A DNA stretch of 62,592 bases, the filler included, from Basidiobolus ranarum (lineage: Eukaryota): assembly GCA_040143965.1 (NCBI GenBank). It is 38 parts of 38 records of this genome, joined end to end, with 100 filler letters (N's around TTAATTAATTAA, not from the genome) between each part and the next. Parts side by side here need not be neighbours in the genome. Positions count along the whole stretch, not along the records: positions 51,201 to 52,743 come from JASJQH010011753.1; positions 52,844 to 54,385 come from JASJQH010011754.1; positions 54,486 to 56,027 come from JASJQH010011755.1; positions 56,128 to 57,669 come from JASJQH010011756.1; positions 57,770 to 59,310 come from JASJQH010011757.1; positions 59,411 to 60,951 come from JASJQH010011758.1; positions 61,052 to 62,592 come from JASJQH010011759.1; 31 more parts are not named here. One strand, written 5' to 3'. A program made the position numbers and the translations under genes. The notes beneath the pieces are model-generated. The model ran no database searches. It saw nothing but the letters and a program-made list of their open reading frames with translations, and was not told the origin of the DNA. Shown piece by piece: positions 51,201-62,592 of this stretch (position 1 is its first letter; the number at the start of each line of letters is the position of its first letter).

Positions 51201-52743
51201 GGAACTTATCTGGTAAATTGATTAATGCTTCATCAGTACTTGAGCTAGGTTCTGGCATGTTAATGCCTTCCATATTGGATATTGGATTGCTAGACTGCTC
51301 ATCATTTGTGTCCTCTTTTCTTGCTGGTTTTTTTCCTTTTGTAACAGCAGGCTTTGGCTTGGAGGCCAATTGTGACTTGGTTTTTGAATGCTTTTTGAAT
51401 GGCTTTGAATTTTCAGATAGTAAACTTGCTGTAATGAAATTGCTTAGAAACAGCTTGAAATAAACTAAAATTGCCATTCATTACTGGAATTTTCTTGAAA
51501 ATCCCCTGATGACCTATCTGCGACATTTTCTCAGAATCAGCTAGTGATATTGATGGGCTATACCTTAAATACCACCCTTATGTAACAGGTGTTCTTTTTT
51601 CCACAATAACCTTTTCATGCCACAACACAAATGTTTAAAGAAGCCTTGCAATTATTGTCACAAACTCTTGTGCTATGAAAGACAGAGGCTTCATAGAAAG
51701 AATACTCACATGCACAGTCACTGCACAAAGCCACCAGCTGCACAAAGCCTGGTGAATATCAACAGTAATAAATACACAAAATTGACTTTAGTTTTGCCCA
51801 CTAAGTGCACTGACCGTACTTTGCCTCAAAGTTAAGGTAACACTGCTGAAAGTCAAGATACCATGGAGTTACCATAGTTATATGACCAGAATGATGTAGA
51901 TAGAAATACAACTTTGGTCAAACCAGTAAGTCCAGCCAACTTTGAGGACATGCTGCTAGATGTTGACCTTGGTTATTCCCTTACTGATGGTAGTATATCA
52001 GAAGTTGAAGAAGAAGACAACAGTTTGTTATTGACTCTTTGTTGTTGGCAAGCATTAGTCCACTCATAACACTTAATGTAATGGAAGCAGCTTTGATTAT
52101 TGAGGAGTGGAGAGTTCAATCCAATCATAGCAACCAGGTGTTTATTGGTTTTCTTAATCTTTTACCACAGTTGATTGGCTACTGTTGCTTGCCACAGACC
52201 TGGTACAAGTTGAAAACACTTGTCAATCATATGACCTATAATCCTTCAGTTATTAAACTACCCTCATGTCCAAATAGTTGTTTGGCTTTCACCAGTAATC
52301 TGAAAGCCTGAAGTCATGTACTGTTTGCACACAATTGGCAATCACTGAATCAGGTGAATATTGTTCATATTTGGCCTACATACCATTGATTCCCTGTCTT
52401 AAAGCTTTGATTAAATCACCCAAATATAGCTCATTGATCCATTACAAAAGTACTCACCATAAAGCTGATGGTATTACCAGCATACTTAATGGATATCACT
52501 ACCAGAATCTGAAAAGTCAAGGTTTCTTTGAGAACATATATAATCATGCATTTGCATTGGCTCTGGATGGTTTCTTGCTAAACAAATATGTTGAAGTTTA
52601 TTGTCTTTATCATATTTATTATCTCTATCTTTATATACCTAACTATCTCATATATCACATATAAGTTAGTTAACATTACTTAGTCAAATATCACTTAGCT
52701 GAAAATCAGAACATATATTATATATATATGTGAATAATGTGAG
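51201..52743. mobile_element. CMC/EnSpm centre: ORF2 5' (minus), transposase 5' half (51617-52588); LTR E from 52589
   Basis: MPQHKCLKKPCNYCHK N-terminal Cys motif; CPNSC..CTVC; ALDGF. Confidence 0.9.
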
Positions 52744-52843
52744 NNNNNNNNNNNNNNNNNNNNNNNNNNNNNNNNNNNNNNNNNNNNTTAATTAATTAAN
52801 NNNNNNNNNNNNNNNNNNNNNNNNNNNNNNNNNNNNNNNNNNN

Positions 52844-54385
52844 TAAATTCCAATTGAGAATAATTGATAATAACTTAGTGAGTTATAAGATAACTAATTA
52901 CTAAGTTATATATGACTATATAGGTGTTTAGGCAATGCTAATTTCAACACTTTCCAGACATGTTTCCCTTCTAGCACTAGTTTCATCTTGAATTTTCATT
53001 CATGGAAATCTTCCCCATTAAATGTTGGAAAATTGGTAATCTCCTTTTGGGAAAAACACTCCAATTCACTCACTGCTACCATGTTGGAGGATCTTGACAT
53101 AATGGGGGTAGACTTTGGGTATTAGAAGCAACTTATAATAGTGTGTTTTAGTTAGTTTATTTTGAAGAGTATATGGTTATGTATATAGTAGAAAAGTGAA
53201 TCAACTATTTGAGATATTCAGGAGTTTGTGTAATAAGATATAACAGATAAGTGGGGGTAATAAGACATACTTGTTATATAGATATAGAGATATTCCTATT
53301 TAGAATTTAGGGGCTATAGATACATTGCTTTCTGTCTCTGACATATGTATCATAGCTAAAGTTAACTATGGTGTTGAATAAAGATTAATTATCCAACAAT
53401 TCCCAATCAAAATTTACTTAGAATATTTTTATCAACTTAGAAGTTCTTAGAGATAAAGATTTTTAAAACTTGTGCTAGAAGCCCCAAACTTTGCACACAT
53501 CTTCCTGCAACCTTTCTTAACACATTCTATATGCTTGTTTGCTTATATCTTAACATAGTTATAGATGTCAGCTTTATACTGAATAAATTAATAAGTGAAA
53601 ACCACCAATTCCTCTAATTCTCCAAGCCACTTCCAACAGGCTCCCAAATACTTTAACAAGTATATCCTGGATATACTAAAGAAGTTTAAAATGGAAGTAG
53701 GTAATCAAGCATCTACCCTAACAGAGACAAATCTTAACTTGACCAAAAATAGCTCAAATCAGATGTTTTTGGATTCAAATGAAAGCCAGAAATTTCCTTA
53801 TCAATCTATGGTTGGTAGTTTGATGAATATCATGGTGGGAACATGTCCAGATATTCCATATTTTGTGGGAGTTATGTGCCAATATCTGCAAAATTATGAA
53901 TCTGATCAAATAATAGCAGTTAAGTAGATTTTCAGATATTTGAAAGGTACTGTGGATCTGTGCTTAAAATACACATATTGTTGGATAATCAATCTTTATT
54001 CAACCCCATAGTTAGCTTTAGTTATGATACATATATCAGAAACAGAAAGCAACATACCTATAGCCCCTATATTCTAAACAGGAATATCTCTATATCTATA
54101 TAACAAGTATGTCTTATTACCCACACTTATCTATTATATCTTATTACACAAACTACTGAATATACAAACAATTGATTTACTTTTCTACTATATAAGTCAC
54201 CATATACTCTTAAGAATAAAGTGACTAAAAACACACTATCATAAGGTGCTTCTAATACTCAAAGTCTGCCCCCATTATGTCAAGATCCTCCAACATGGTA
54301 GCAGCAAGTGAATTAGAGTCTTCTTCCTAAAAGGAGATTACTAATATTCCAACATTCAATGGGGAAGATTTCCATGCATGGAAAT
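52844..54385. mobile_element. Nested copia cluster: two family C 5' ends in opposite orientation (LTRs 53082-53398 minus, 53979-54295 plus), each with PBS TGGTAGCAG; LTR A pieces and an RT fragment
   Basis: 317-bp LTRs; gag PTFNGEDFH-WK; PYQSMVGSLM. Confidence 0.92.
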
Positions 54386-54485
54386 NNNNNNNNNNNNNNN
54401 NNNNNNNNNNNNNNNNNNNNNNNNNNNNNTTAATTAATTAANNNNNNNNNNNNNNNNNNNNNNNNNNNNNNNNNNNNNNNNNNNN

Positions 54486-56027
54486 ACAAAATCTACAGCA
54501 AGATAGTGCATTGTGCCCACAAAAACCTCCAAGTTTACTGATGGCAGGAGTGTCTGTTGGATAATTGATCTTTATTCAACATCATAGTTAACTTTAGTTA
54601 TGATACATATATCAGAAACAGAAAGCAACATATCTATAGCCCCTATATACTAAATAGGAATATCTCTATATCTATATAACAAGTATGTCTTATTACCCCC
54701 ACTTATCTATTGTATCTTATTACACAAACTCCTGAATATCTCAAATAATTGATTTACTTTTCTACTATATAAGTCACCATATACTGTTGAGATTAAACTA
54801 ACTAAAACACACTATCGTAAGTTGCTTCTAATACTCAAAGTCTACCCCCATTATGTCAAGATCCTCCAACAGTGTCACCAATACATATAACAATATTAGC
54901 TTTAATAAAATATTCACCCATATGAACCCCATTAGATCATTGTTCAAATTCCGCAATCAAAGCCTCCAAGAAGCTATCTATAAGCACTGGTGATTTAGGT
55001 CCAGATATGATGGATAGTATCAAAATATTATGATGCTGATACCATTCAGCAGGAGGAAGATTTAAGTTGATTAAATTATTGGCCAGCAAACCTTTCCAAC
55101 AGTATTTTTGTTTAGTGAGAAACCTTCCAGAGCAAATGCAAATGCATGATCATACATGTTCTCAAAGAAACCTTGACTTTTCAGATTCTGGTAGTGGTAT
55201 CCATCAAGTATATTGGTAACATTATCAGCTTTATGGTGAGTACTTTGGTATTGGATCAATGATCTATATTTGGGTGATTTCATCAAGCTGTAAGATGTGG
55301 AATCAATGGTATTTAAGCCAAATATGAATGACATTTACCTGATTCAGTGATTGCCAATTGTGTGCAAACAGTACATGACTTCAGGTTTTCAGATCACTGG
55401 TGAAAGCCAAACAACCATTTGGACATGAGGGTAGTTTAATTACTGAAGGATTATAAGTCATACAATTAACAAGTGTTTTCCACTTGTACCAGGTCTGTGG
55501 CAAACAACAGTTGCCAATCAACTGTGCTAAAAGTGTAAGAAAACTAATAAACAACTGGTTGCCAGGATTGGATTGCACTCTCCACTCCTAAATATGTAAG
55601 GAGCAGGAAGTTAGTAAACTCAAGGGAAAAGCAAAGGAGCCAGTGAGTTTAGGCTCTACTGTCCCACTTACTGGACTCTTCACACCATCATAAAGATCTA
55701 CATATACAGAGTCAGATATATTAGCAAAAAAGCTTAATTTCACCATGGAACCGGGTACAACAGCTGGAAGAGTGCTAAATTTGGAAGTTTATCCAACACC
55801 TGGCACCTTTCAACAAGCCAAAACACTAGGAATTAAAACTCACAGCTCTCCCACCTCAACTGGTACTTTTCAAAGTATTGACATTAGCCCCAGAGGTAAA
55901 GGCAAACAAAAGCCATACAAACACCACAAAGCACCCTCAGTAGTGTCACACTACAAGGATGTACAAAAATAGTCAAAGTGCTTGAGGAGTATTTTCAAAA
56001 GTATGAAGGGAAAAACACAGTGCAAGT
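54486..56027. mobile_element. Internally deleted CMC/EnSpm copy (transposase minus to ~55590; ORF2 3' part plus)
   Basis: 5' ends of both genes and the intergenic region are missing relative to other copies. Confidence 0.82.
54555..54871 (+). repeat. Solo LTR family C (317 bp) with perfect 5-bp TSD GTGTC inside a CMC transposase
   Basis: GTGTC at 54550-54554 and 54872-54876. Confidence 0.95.
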
Positions 56028-56127
56028 NNNNNNNNNNNNNNNNNNNNNNNNNNNNNNNNNNNNNNNNNNNNTTAATTAATTAANNNNNNNNNNNNNNNNN
56101 NNNNNNNNNNNNNNNNNNNNNNNNNNN

Positions 56128-56236
56128 ATTATAAGTATTTTGAGAAATTTTGAATGTTAAAGTTCACTTGTCATTTTGACGTAAGATAGAAAAAGATCCA
56201 TCTCCGTCGGTCATACCGACAAGCCATTGTTGAAAC
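56128..56236 (-). other. LAGLIDADG homing endonuclease fragment in mitochondrial code (NUMT or chimera)
   Basis: FQQWLVGMTDGDGSFSILRQNDK-TGA-TLTFKISQNTYN; open if TGA=Trp. Confidence 0.85.
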
Positions 56237-57669
56237 ATGAGTGGACTAATGTTTGCCAATAACAAAGAGTCCGTAACAAAATCTTTGTCTTCTTCTTCAA
56301 CTTCTGATATACTACCATCAGTACTGGAATAACCAAGGTCAACATCTAGCAGCAAGTCCTCAAAGTTGTCTGGACTAATTGGTTTAACAAAAGTTGCATT
56401 TTGATCTACATCATTCTGGTCATATAACTGTGGTAACCCCATGGTATCTTAACTTTTGGCAGTGTTACCAAAACTTTGAGGCAGACTACAGTCAGTGGAC
56501 TCAATGGGCAAAACTAAAGTTGATTTAGTGAACTTATTACTGTTGTTATACACCAGGGTTTTTTTGCAGCTGGTGGCTTGGTACAGTGACCGTGCCTAAG
56601 ATTATTTTTTCATTGAAGCCTCTGGCTTTCATAGCACAAGAACTTGCAACAAAAATAGCAGGGCCTCTTTAAATGTTTGTGTTGCAGCATGAGAAGGATA
56701 TTGTAGAAAAAAGAACACCTCCAACACAAGGGTGGCATTTCAGGTATAGCCCAACAATATCATCAGCTGATTCTGAGAGAGTGTCACAGACAAGTCATCA
56801 GGGGATTTACAAGAAACATTTAGTATTGTATGGTGATTTTGGTTTATAATAAGCTGTTTCCAAGCAATTTCATTACACCAAGTTTACCATCTAAATATTT
56901 CAATGCCATTCAAAAAGTTTCCAAATCTAAATTACAATTAGCTTCCAAGCCAAAGCCTGCTGGCACAAAAGGAAAAAATCCAGCAAGAAAAAGAGGACTT
57001 AATTGATGAGCAGTCTAGTAATCCACTATCCATTTTGAAAGGCATTAACATGCCAGAAACTAACTCAAGTAATCATGAAGTATTTATCAATTTACCAAAT
57101 GTGATCCTTTCCAGCAATAGTGCAAGGGAAGAGATTGTAATCCCCCAATCACATAGTGAAAGAATAGTTGAGCAAAGTTCAACCAAACAACCGTCAAGAC
57201 CATAAACTTTCAAAGTGGCTACTTTACCCACTATTGAACAACCCTTGGTAAAAATGTTGGATAAAGTTATTACAACAAGGCAATTGCAGACAGAGCACCA
57301 TACTGATTTGTATGCAATGATTAGTAAAAACTACAAAATTGCTATACAAGCCATGACAAGCCATAATGCCACAATATTGCAATCAATGCAGTGTTTGGAA
57401 ATAACTAGTCCACAGTTAGAGAGTCACTCAACAATTATACAAGACCTTGAGAATGCTGTACTTGAGCTATAGCAATATGCTGCTGCCTCCATCCATTCTC
57501 ATACAGGATTTCAATCAATCCCACACCATACATATGAAAACTACCATGACAATCTAGTAGAGCAAAATATGTGTTGGACCATTAAGCCTTCACAACAACC
57601 CAAAATTGCTTGTGCACATGAAAGTAGAAATCTCATAGGAAAACCGGCAAACCAAAAGACTCTGAATGT
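56237..57669. mobile_element. CMC/EnSpm centre: transposase 5' (minus) and ORF2 5' half (plus)
   Basis: Reverse complement of 51201-52067. Confidence 0.88.
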
Positions 57670-57770
57670 NNNNNNNNNNNNNNNNNNNNNNNNNNNNNNN
57701 NNNNNNNNNNNNNTTAATTAATTAANNNNNNNNNNNNNNNNNNNNNNNNNNNNNNNNNNNNNNNNNNNNG

Positions 57771-57935
57771 GCCAGTCCTCATGTTGCTGGTGTTGCCGCA
57801 TTGTACCTATCCCAAGGTGGTTTGAGCACCCCTGCCCAAGTATACGCAGCACTTGTATCCAAGGCCACCAAGAATGTGATTACAGGATTGAAGGGTGCCA
57901 CTCCCAACCTTTTGGTCTTCAACTCTAACCAATAA
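57771..57935 (+). CDS. C-terminus of subtilisin-like (proteinase K-type, S8A) protease
   Basis: ASPHVAGVAALYLS...ATKNVITGLKGATPNLLVFN*, directly after the catalytic-Ser motif. Confidence 0.93.
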   Translation, partial: ASPHVAGVAALYLSQGGLSTPAQVYAALVSKATKNVITGLKGATPNLLVFNSNQ

Positions 57936-58610
57936 GGTGTGGTGATATGCATGAAACTGTTGTGAATAAATAAGTAAGTTAAATAAATCCAAACAAGCAT
58001 ATATAGCTTAGTTAAAATGATATGAAAGTATTTGCGATTGCCGTGATGACGATCAATCGATTGAGTGAGTTGTAACGTATACAGTAAATCCGATGAGCTT
58101 ATTGCCACTGCATCCAACCTGCTGATCAAATATATCTTGGTATAAGTACGCACAAAAACATACAAAATAATAGGACTTGGCTCATTACATGATCTGATAA
58201 AATTAACTCGATATTACATAGTGAAGCTTTTACTTGGCAATAAGCAAATATATTTCAATCGCGATTCTGCATGTTACAATCTCTGTGGAGTTTGATTTGT
58301 GAATTACTGACTAGATCTAACCAAGAAGTGATAGTCAGCAACATCTCAATTTCTGCTTTACCATCGTGACCAGAGGTTTAACCAACCACCGGGATTTGTT
58401 AATATATCCGATTTCAGCCTACTATTCCGATTCATGTGAATCATATTTATATCCCACAGATCCTGAAACATGCAAGGGATCAACCAGTCAATCAGAGATA
58501 TCAATCACATCATGTTAAGTCTAAATGTTCTTGATCTCCTAAGACATAAACCCAAATATCAGGATTCTGACTATCACGATTCCGAATTTTACTGGTAGCC
58601 TTGGGAACGA

Positions 58611-59310
58611 TAGGGTATAGATGTTCTGGTAAGGGTAAGGATGAAAAGAGGGGGTCTGGGGGACACAGTCCTCCCCATATAAACAGAAAGCAGGGGGTAT
58701 GGGGGATGCAATCCCCTATGTAAAAAAGAAAACAGGGGGTTTGGGGGATGCAATCCCCCATGTACACCCTTCTGTCACAATATACTCAAGTCACCAGTAT
58801 ATGGGAAGAATTGGGCTTGCCCAAATTTTCAAAAGGTCAAATCTCTGACCTTTGACACCTCCAAGGAAGAGACACTGTTTCCAAAATTATAACACAGCCT
58901 ATTCTAGCTTTCATAATTTTTATGAATTTAGAGAAATTTCTCAGATATTGAATATTTTTTTAATTTTTATTAATTTGCAAGTCTCTGAGAAACTAAAGTG
59001 TAGATGTTTTCCTTCAGACCCTGAAAGCTTTAAAGTATTTTAATTTTACCATAAGTAGACTGGCTACTTTTTAGCTTAATTACTCACAAATTACTTATTG
59101 AGAATTTCCTTTATATACTATTGAGAGTAATGAGAATACTTGATTAACATTATGAATTAGTAATATTTGTAAGAACTTAGGGTATTGATGTTCTGGTAAC
59201 AAGGGGACGGGTTCGTTTCCCTTTGTCTCAACGGAATGTGGCACGTCTGTAGCCCAATCCATAAGGGCCATGAGGGCTTGTCTTGATCCCTTTACTACCC
59301 GGCTAACTCA
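58611..59310. repeat. Copy of the 18500 repeat; 21-bp start motif recurs at 59179
   Basis: AGGGTATAGATGTTCTGGTAA vs AGGGTATTGATGTTCTGGTAA; three ~40-bp G/C-rich tandem subrepeats. Confidence 0.75.
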
Positions 59311-59410
59311 NNNNNNNNNNNNNNNNNNNNNNNNNNNNNNNNNNNNNNNNNNNNTTAATTAATTAANNNNNNNNNNNNNNNNNNNNNNNNNNNNNNNNNN
59401 NNNNNNNNNN

Positions 59411-60030
59411 GTAAAAGCAATGATAGATGAGTTTTCTTTCCTTCAGGACAATAAAAAGGGTGTTTCAAGTCCACTTCCATCTGGGAGAGAGCCAATAGTT
59501 TGCAAATGGGTCTAAACAGTCAAAAACCAAGCAGATGTAACCATAGAAATGTGCAAAGCCAGAGTAGTTGCCAAAGGCTATGCCCAGACTCTAGGAGTTA
59601 ATTTTAATGAAACTTCTGCTCCAGTAGCTGAGTTTAGCTCCATTAGATTAATCCTGGCACTCTCAGCCATCTATGACCTTGATCTTAATCAAATGGATGT
59701 AAAAACAACCTTTCTATATAGAAATCTAGAAGAAGAGATCTATATGGAGCACCCCGATGGATTTGCTGACCCAAAACATCTTGATATGGTCCATAAACTG
59801 CAAAAATTGCTCTATGGACTCAAGCAAGCACCCAGGACATGGTAGAAGAAGATAAATACCTATTTGGAATCACTGGAATTCCAAAAGTGCACAGCAGATC
59901 ACAGTATTTACATCAAAACAACCAGAAATAGGATTCTTATCTTGGCACTATATGTGGATGACTTGATCATGGCCACAAATGATCTAGGAGTGCTTAATCA
60001 GATGAAAAGTTGCTTATCAAACCAATTTCT
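59411..60030 (+). mobile_element. Ty1/copia reverse transcriptase remnant
   Basis: KARVVAKGY, QMDVKT, LYGLKQAPRTW, LYVDD. Confidence 0.95.
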
Positions 60031-60287
60031 GAAGACTGCAATGGGAAATCCTTATTAGACTTACCAGTATTTTCTAGCCAATCATATTGCACCATTAGTA
60101 TTAGCCCACATGAGCCCTATTATTTTCTGGAAACTTCCACAATCTTCCAGAACATCCCATATGATTCTTGTAATATTTGATGATTGATTGAATTTTGACC
60201 ATTCAAAACTTGATTTTGCTGGAACATTCCATGACTTTTTGTACTAATCTATATCTTCTGTAAGAGTCATTGGATTATTAATCTTAT

Positions 60288-60951
60288 CTATAACAAAAAT
60301 AAAATCAATTTGATCCGGATTGGATCTACCCTCCAAAAGAGCAAAACCATCAGAGAACCATCACAATATTGTTGGCTTGCATTCTGCCAGGGATTTTGAT
60401 GGTGTGATGGTGGTTTCTTGACAGTATCTTAATGGTACTCATATATGTTAAAATATTTATCCTCAAATTTGGCATGTGTTATTCAATAGCCAGCAATTTT
60501 TGTAAAAATATAATTTTCAAATGGCAAATTACTGGGTTTACTGCTCTAGGAATTTGAATTAATATGCATGCCTTTATTTAGCTATTTTATGCTTTGAATT
60601 CCAGCCATAATGAGAATCAAAAAATACAAGAATCTTGTGTTTAGTCTCTACATATGCACATACTTGACTGATTAGACATAACTCAACAACATCAATATGC
60701 TTTACCAGCAAACTAATGGTTGAAAAATTGCTAAACATCAGAAATTTTGAATAGCACTGACACTTGGCAAAGAGCTGACTCTTGTTACAATTCACAATGA
60801 GAATAAACTCTTGGATTTTGGCAAATTTCCATAAAGAATTCAGCCAATATATCCCCAACTTGCAGTCAACAAATGTCCTGCCATAAGTAGATGTGTCATT
60901 GCTGGAATAGATGACCCCATGGCTAAAACAATAATACTGCATATCTTCATC
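60288..60951 (-). mobile_element. CMC/EnSpm transposase 3' end and degenerate terminus
   Basis: Reverse complement of 29787-30424. Confidence 0.88.
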
Positions 60952-62107
60952 NNNNNNNNNNNNNNNNNNNNNNNNNNNNNNNNNNNNNNNNNNNNTTAAT
61001 TAATTAANNNNNNNNNNNNNNNNNNNNNNNNNNNNNNNNNNNNNNNNNNNNTACCCAAAACCAACTATGAACAACCGCTAATTTGAAACTTTCTGTGATA
61101 TATCTATCGGTTACACTTGCATGCTTTGTGTAGACCATATATACGGGAGCAGTATAGCCAAAAGCCAGAAGTAAAGAGCAGCCAAGGTGTATGTGTAAAC
61201 ACTACGCATGGGCTAGCGTTTCAATGTGAGCGCCTATTGTGTGATTGACAGCCAACTGCATGGGGTATTGGCTATTTATCACTATCTCATTCGCACACTT
61301 GAGCTTCGGCAGCGAGTTTGAGGACTAATAGACAAGTACCACTAGTAAGCAATGTAGGAATAGCCGTAGATAATTAACCTGATGGCTCTATCCAACTTGT
61401 TTGGAGCATAGTAGGGAGCAGATATTTGTCAACTCGTGAGTAAAATGCTCCGCACTGGAGCTGCAGTTGAGCTAAGACTCATGATAGTCATGGCGTTGAT
61501 GTTATGTCCCTGTCTCTGGTACAGGTGACACTTAAGTGCAGAGATCTCAGATTGAATAATTAAAACGCCATAGCCTCTCTTAGATTGAAATAGGCTGTTG
61601 GTTATCGCCTTAGGTGGCAGGTTTCTTCAAATGTCCTACATAGCTAAATGACTTCGCGGCCCGCTCATCCAATATGTAGGCTCAATCTGAATGGCTATCT
61701 AGTGATTAAAAAAGATATCCATGTACAGAAATCGTTTCATTGATATTCGCCAAGGAAGTTGCTAATAATTGCGGTAATCTCATGGTGTTCATCTTTATCT
61801 AATCGACTTTTCGTAGGAGTTAGCGACAATTGTCACTTCGTCTGCTGTGTACCGCAATACAGATTTTCTGGGGATTGATTTCAAAAACCACGACTGGTTT
61901 CAATACATATTGTAACAGTGCACAGACTGATTCGTCCCCAGAATTTGGCGATCATAATACAAACAAGTTGGTATTAGCAAATCAACGAATTAAGTTGATG
62001 TTTAGAATGAGAATTAATGTTGAGCTTGATGATAAGCACTACTTGTAAACTTTTATTATTGACTCGCAATATTCATAGTCCGTTCTAGTATCTTAGGTAC
62101 ACACACG

Positions 62108-62590
62108 CTAAATGTTCTCGCTGTTGGGTAGGAGCGAGTCTTTTAGAGTGGGTACTTTGGAATTGCTTTCAAAGTCTGCAATAGAATCATCAATAATATA
62201 CTGTTCCATCGGCTTATCCCCTATAATGGGAGTCGTGGGTTCAATTAACTGACTACCACCTACTAAAGGTACCATATCCCCTTGAAGGTTATTCATCAAA
62301 GGAAAACTTATCAAGTCCGGCATTGTCGGAGGTAAAGGAGCCTCTGAGGTGGGAACTGGAACCAAGCTGTCGGACTGTGATACAGGTTGCTTTTCTTCTA
62401 AACTCATTGTTTTTTCTGGAACCAACGTGTGTACACTTACATTACTCAAGTGATCTGGTCGCTCCTTTGTTATGGAAGATCCCTTCATAGGTGGGTTCGA
62501 TGATATTACCTCTTTAGTTTCTTTAACAGAAACCTCATGAGAATCTGATGTTGCCTGGGGGAAGCCAGCTGTTGGAATTGCTCTGCCTCC
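62108..62590 (-). CDS. C-terminal fragment of an unidentified Pro/Ser/Glu-rich protein
   Basis: Frame open from the contig end for ~160 codons; non-repetitive, CpG-containing. Confidence 0.55.
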   Translation of the reverse strand, partial: GGRAIPTAGFPQATSDSHEVSVKETKEVISSNPPMKGSSITKERPDHLSNVSVHTLVPEKTMSLEEKQPVSQSDSLVPVPTSEAPLPPTMPDLISFPLMNNLQGDMVPLVGGSQLIEPTTPIIGDKPMEQYIIDDSIADFESNSKVPTLKDSLLPNSENI

Positions 62591-62592
62591 TG

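Larger units (their letters stand above)
1559..61051. other. 37 artificial 100-bp contig spacers (N44-TTAATTAATTAA-N44); first 1559-1658, last 60952-61051
   Basis: Identical spacer with stops in all six frames recurs every ~1.65 kb; intervening contig lengths fall monotonically from 1558 to 1541 bp. Confidence 0.99.

Noticed and set aside
1659-57935. Gene cluster of flavodoxin, Ras, VMA1, PP2A and subtilisin
   Set aside because: Each is on a separate contig ordered by length; there is no physical linkage evidence
57779-58165. 128-aa minus-strand ORF
   Set aside because: Antisense to the subtilisin C-terminus and its 3' flank; no motif
1559-61051. Regularly spaced TTAATTAATTAA repeats as a CRISPR-like or periodic array
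   Set aside because: Always embedded in N runs of fixed length; a synthetic six-frame-stop linker between length-sorted contigs

Overview
This window is not contiguous. It is 38 unrelated contigs of about 1.55 kb, sorted by decreasing length (1558 down to 1541 bp), joined by 37 artificial 100-bp spacers (44 N + TTAATTAATTAA + 44 N), so adjacency across spacers means nothing. The source is a eukaryote, most likely a fungus: short GT-AG introns, a fungal Ras2-type GTPase and a proteinase-K-type protease. Roughly three quarters of the sequence is decayed, nested, CpG-depleted transposable elements. These are several Ty1/copia families (two different tRNAiMet priming modes), Ty3/gypsy remnants, a hAT-like element, and an abundant CACTA/EnSpm (CMC)-type DNA transposon. 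That transposon can be pieced together from about 18 contigs: CCCTA termini, a Tnp2-type transposase, and a second unrecognisable ~550-aa ORF transcribed divergently from a very short shared intergenic region. Host gene fragments are tandem flavodoxin-like quinone reductases, a divergent Ras2, an Ssh4-like PY-motif membrane protein, V-ATPase subunit A (no intein), the PP2A catalytic subunit, a subtilisin C-terminus and a Gly/Asn-rich repeat protein. The notable oddities are a mitochondrial-code LAGLIDADG fragment fused in frame to a transposase copy, a 199-bp CCCTA MITE with a 3-bp TSD, a 1069-bp TG..CA insertion with a 4-bp TSD, and repeated hAT-like insertions into one LTR family. All family assignments come from motif recognition by eye; no database search was run.
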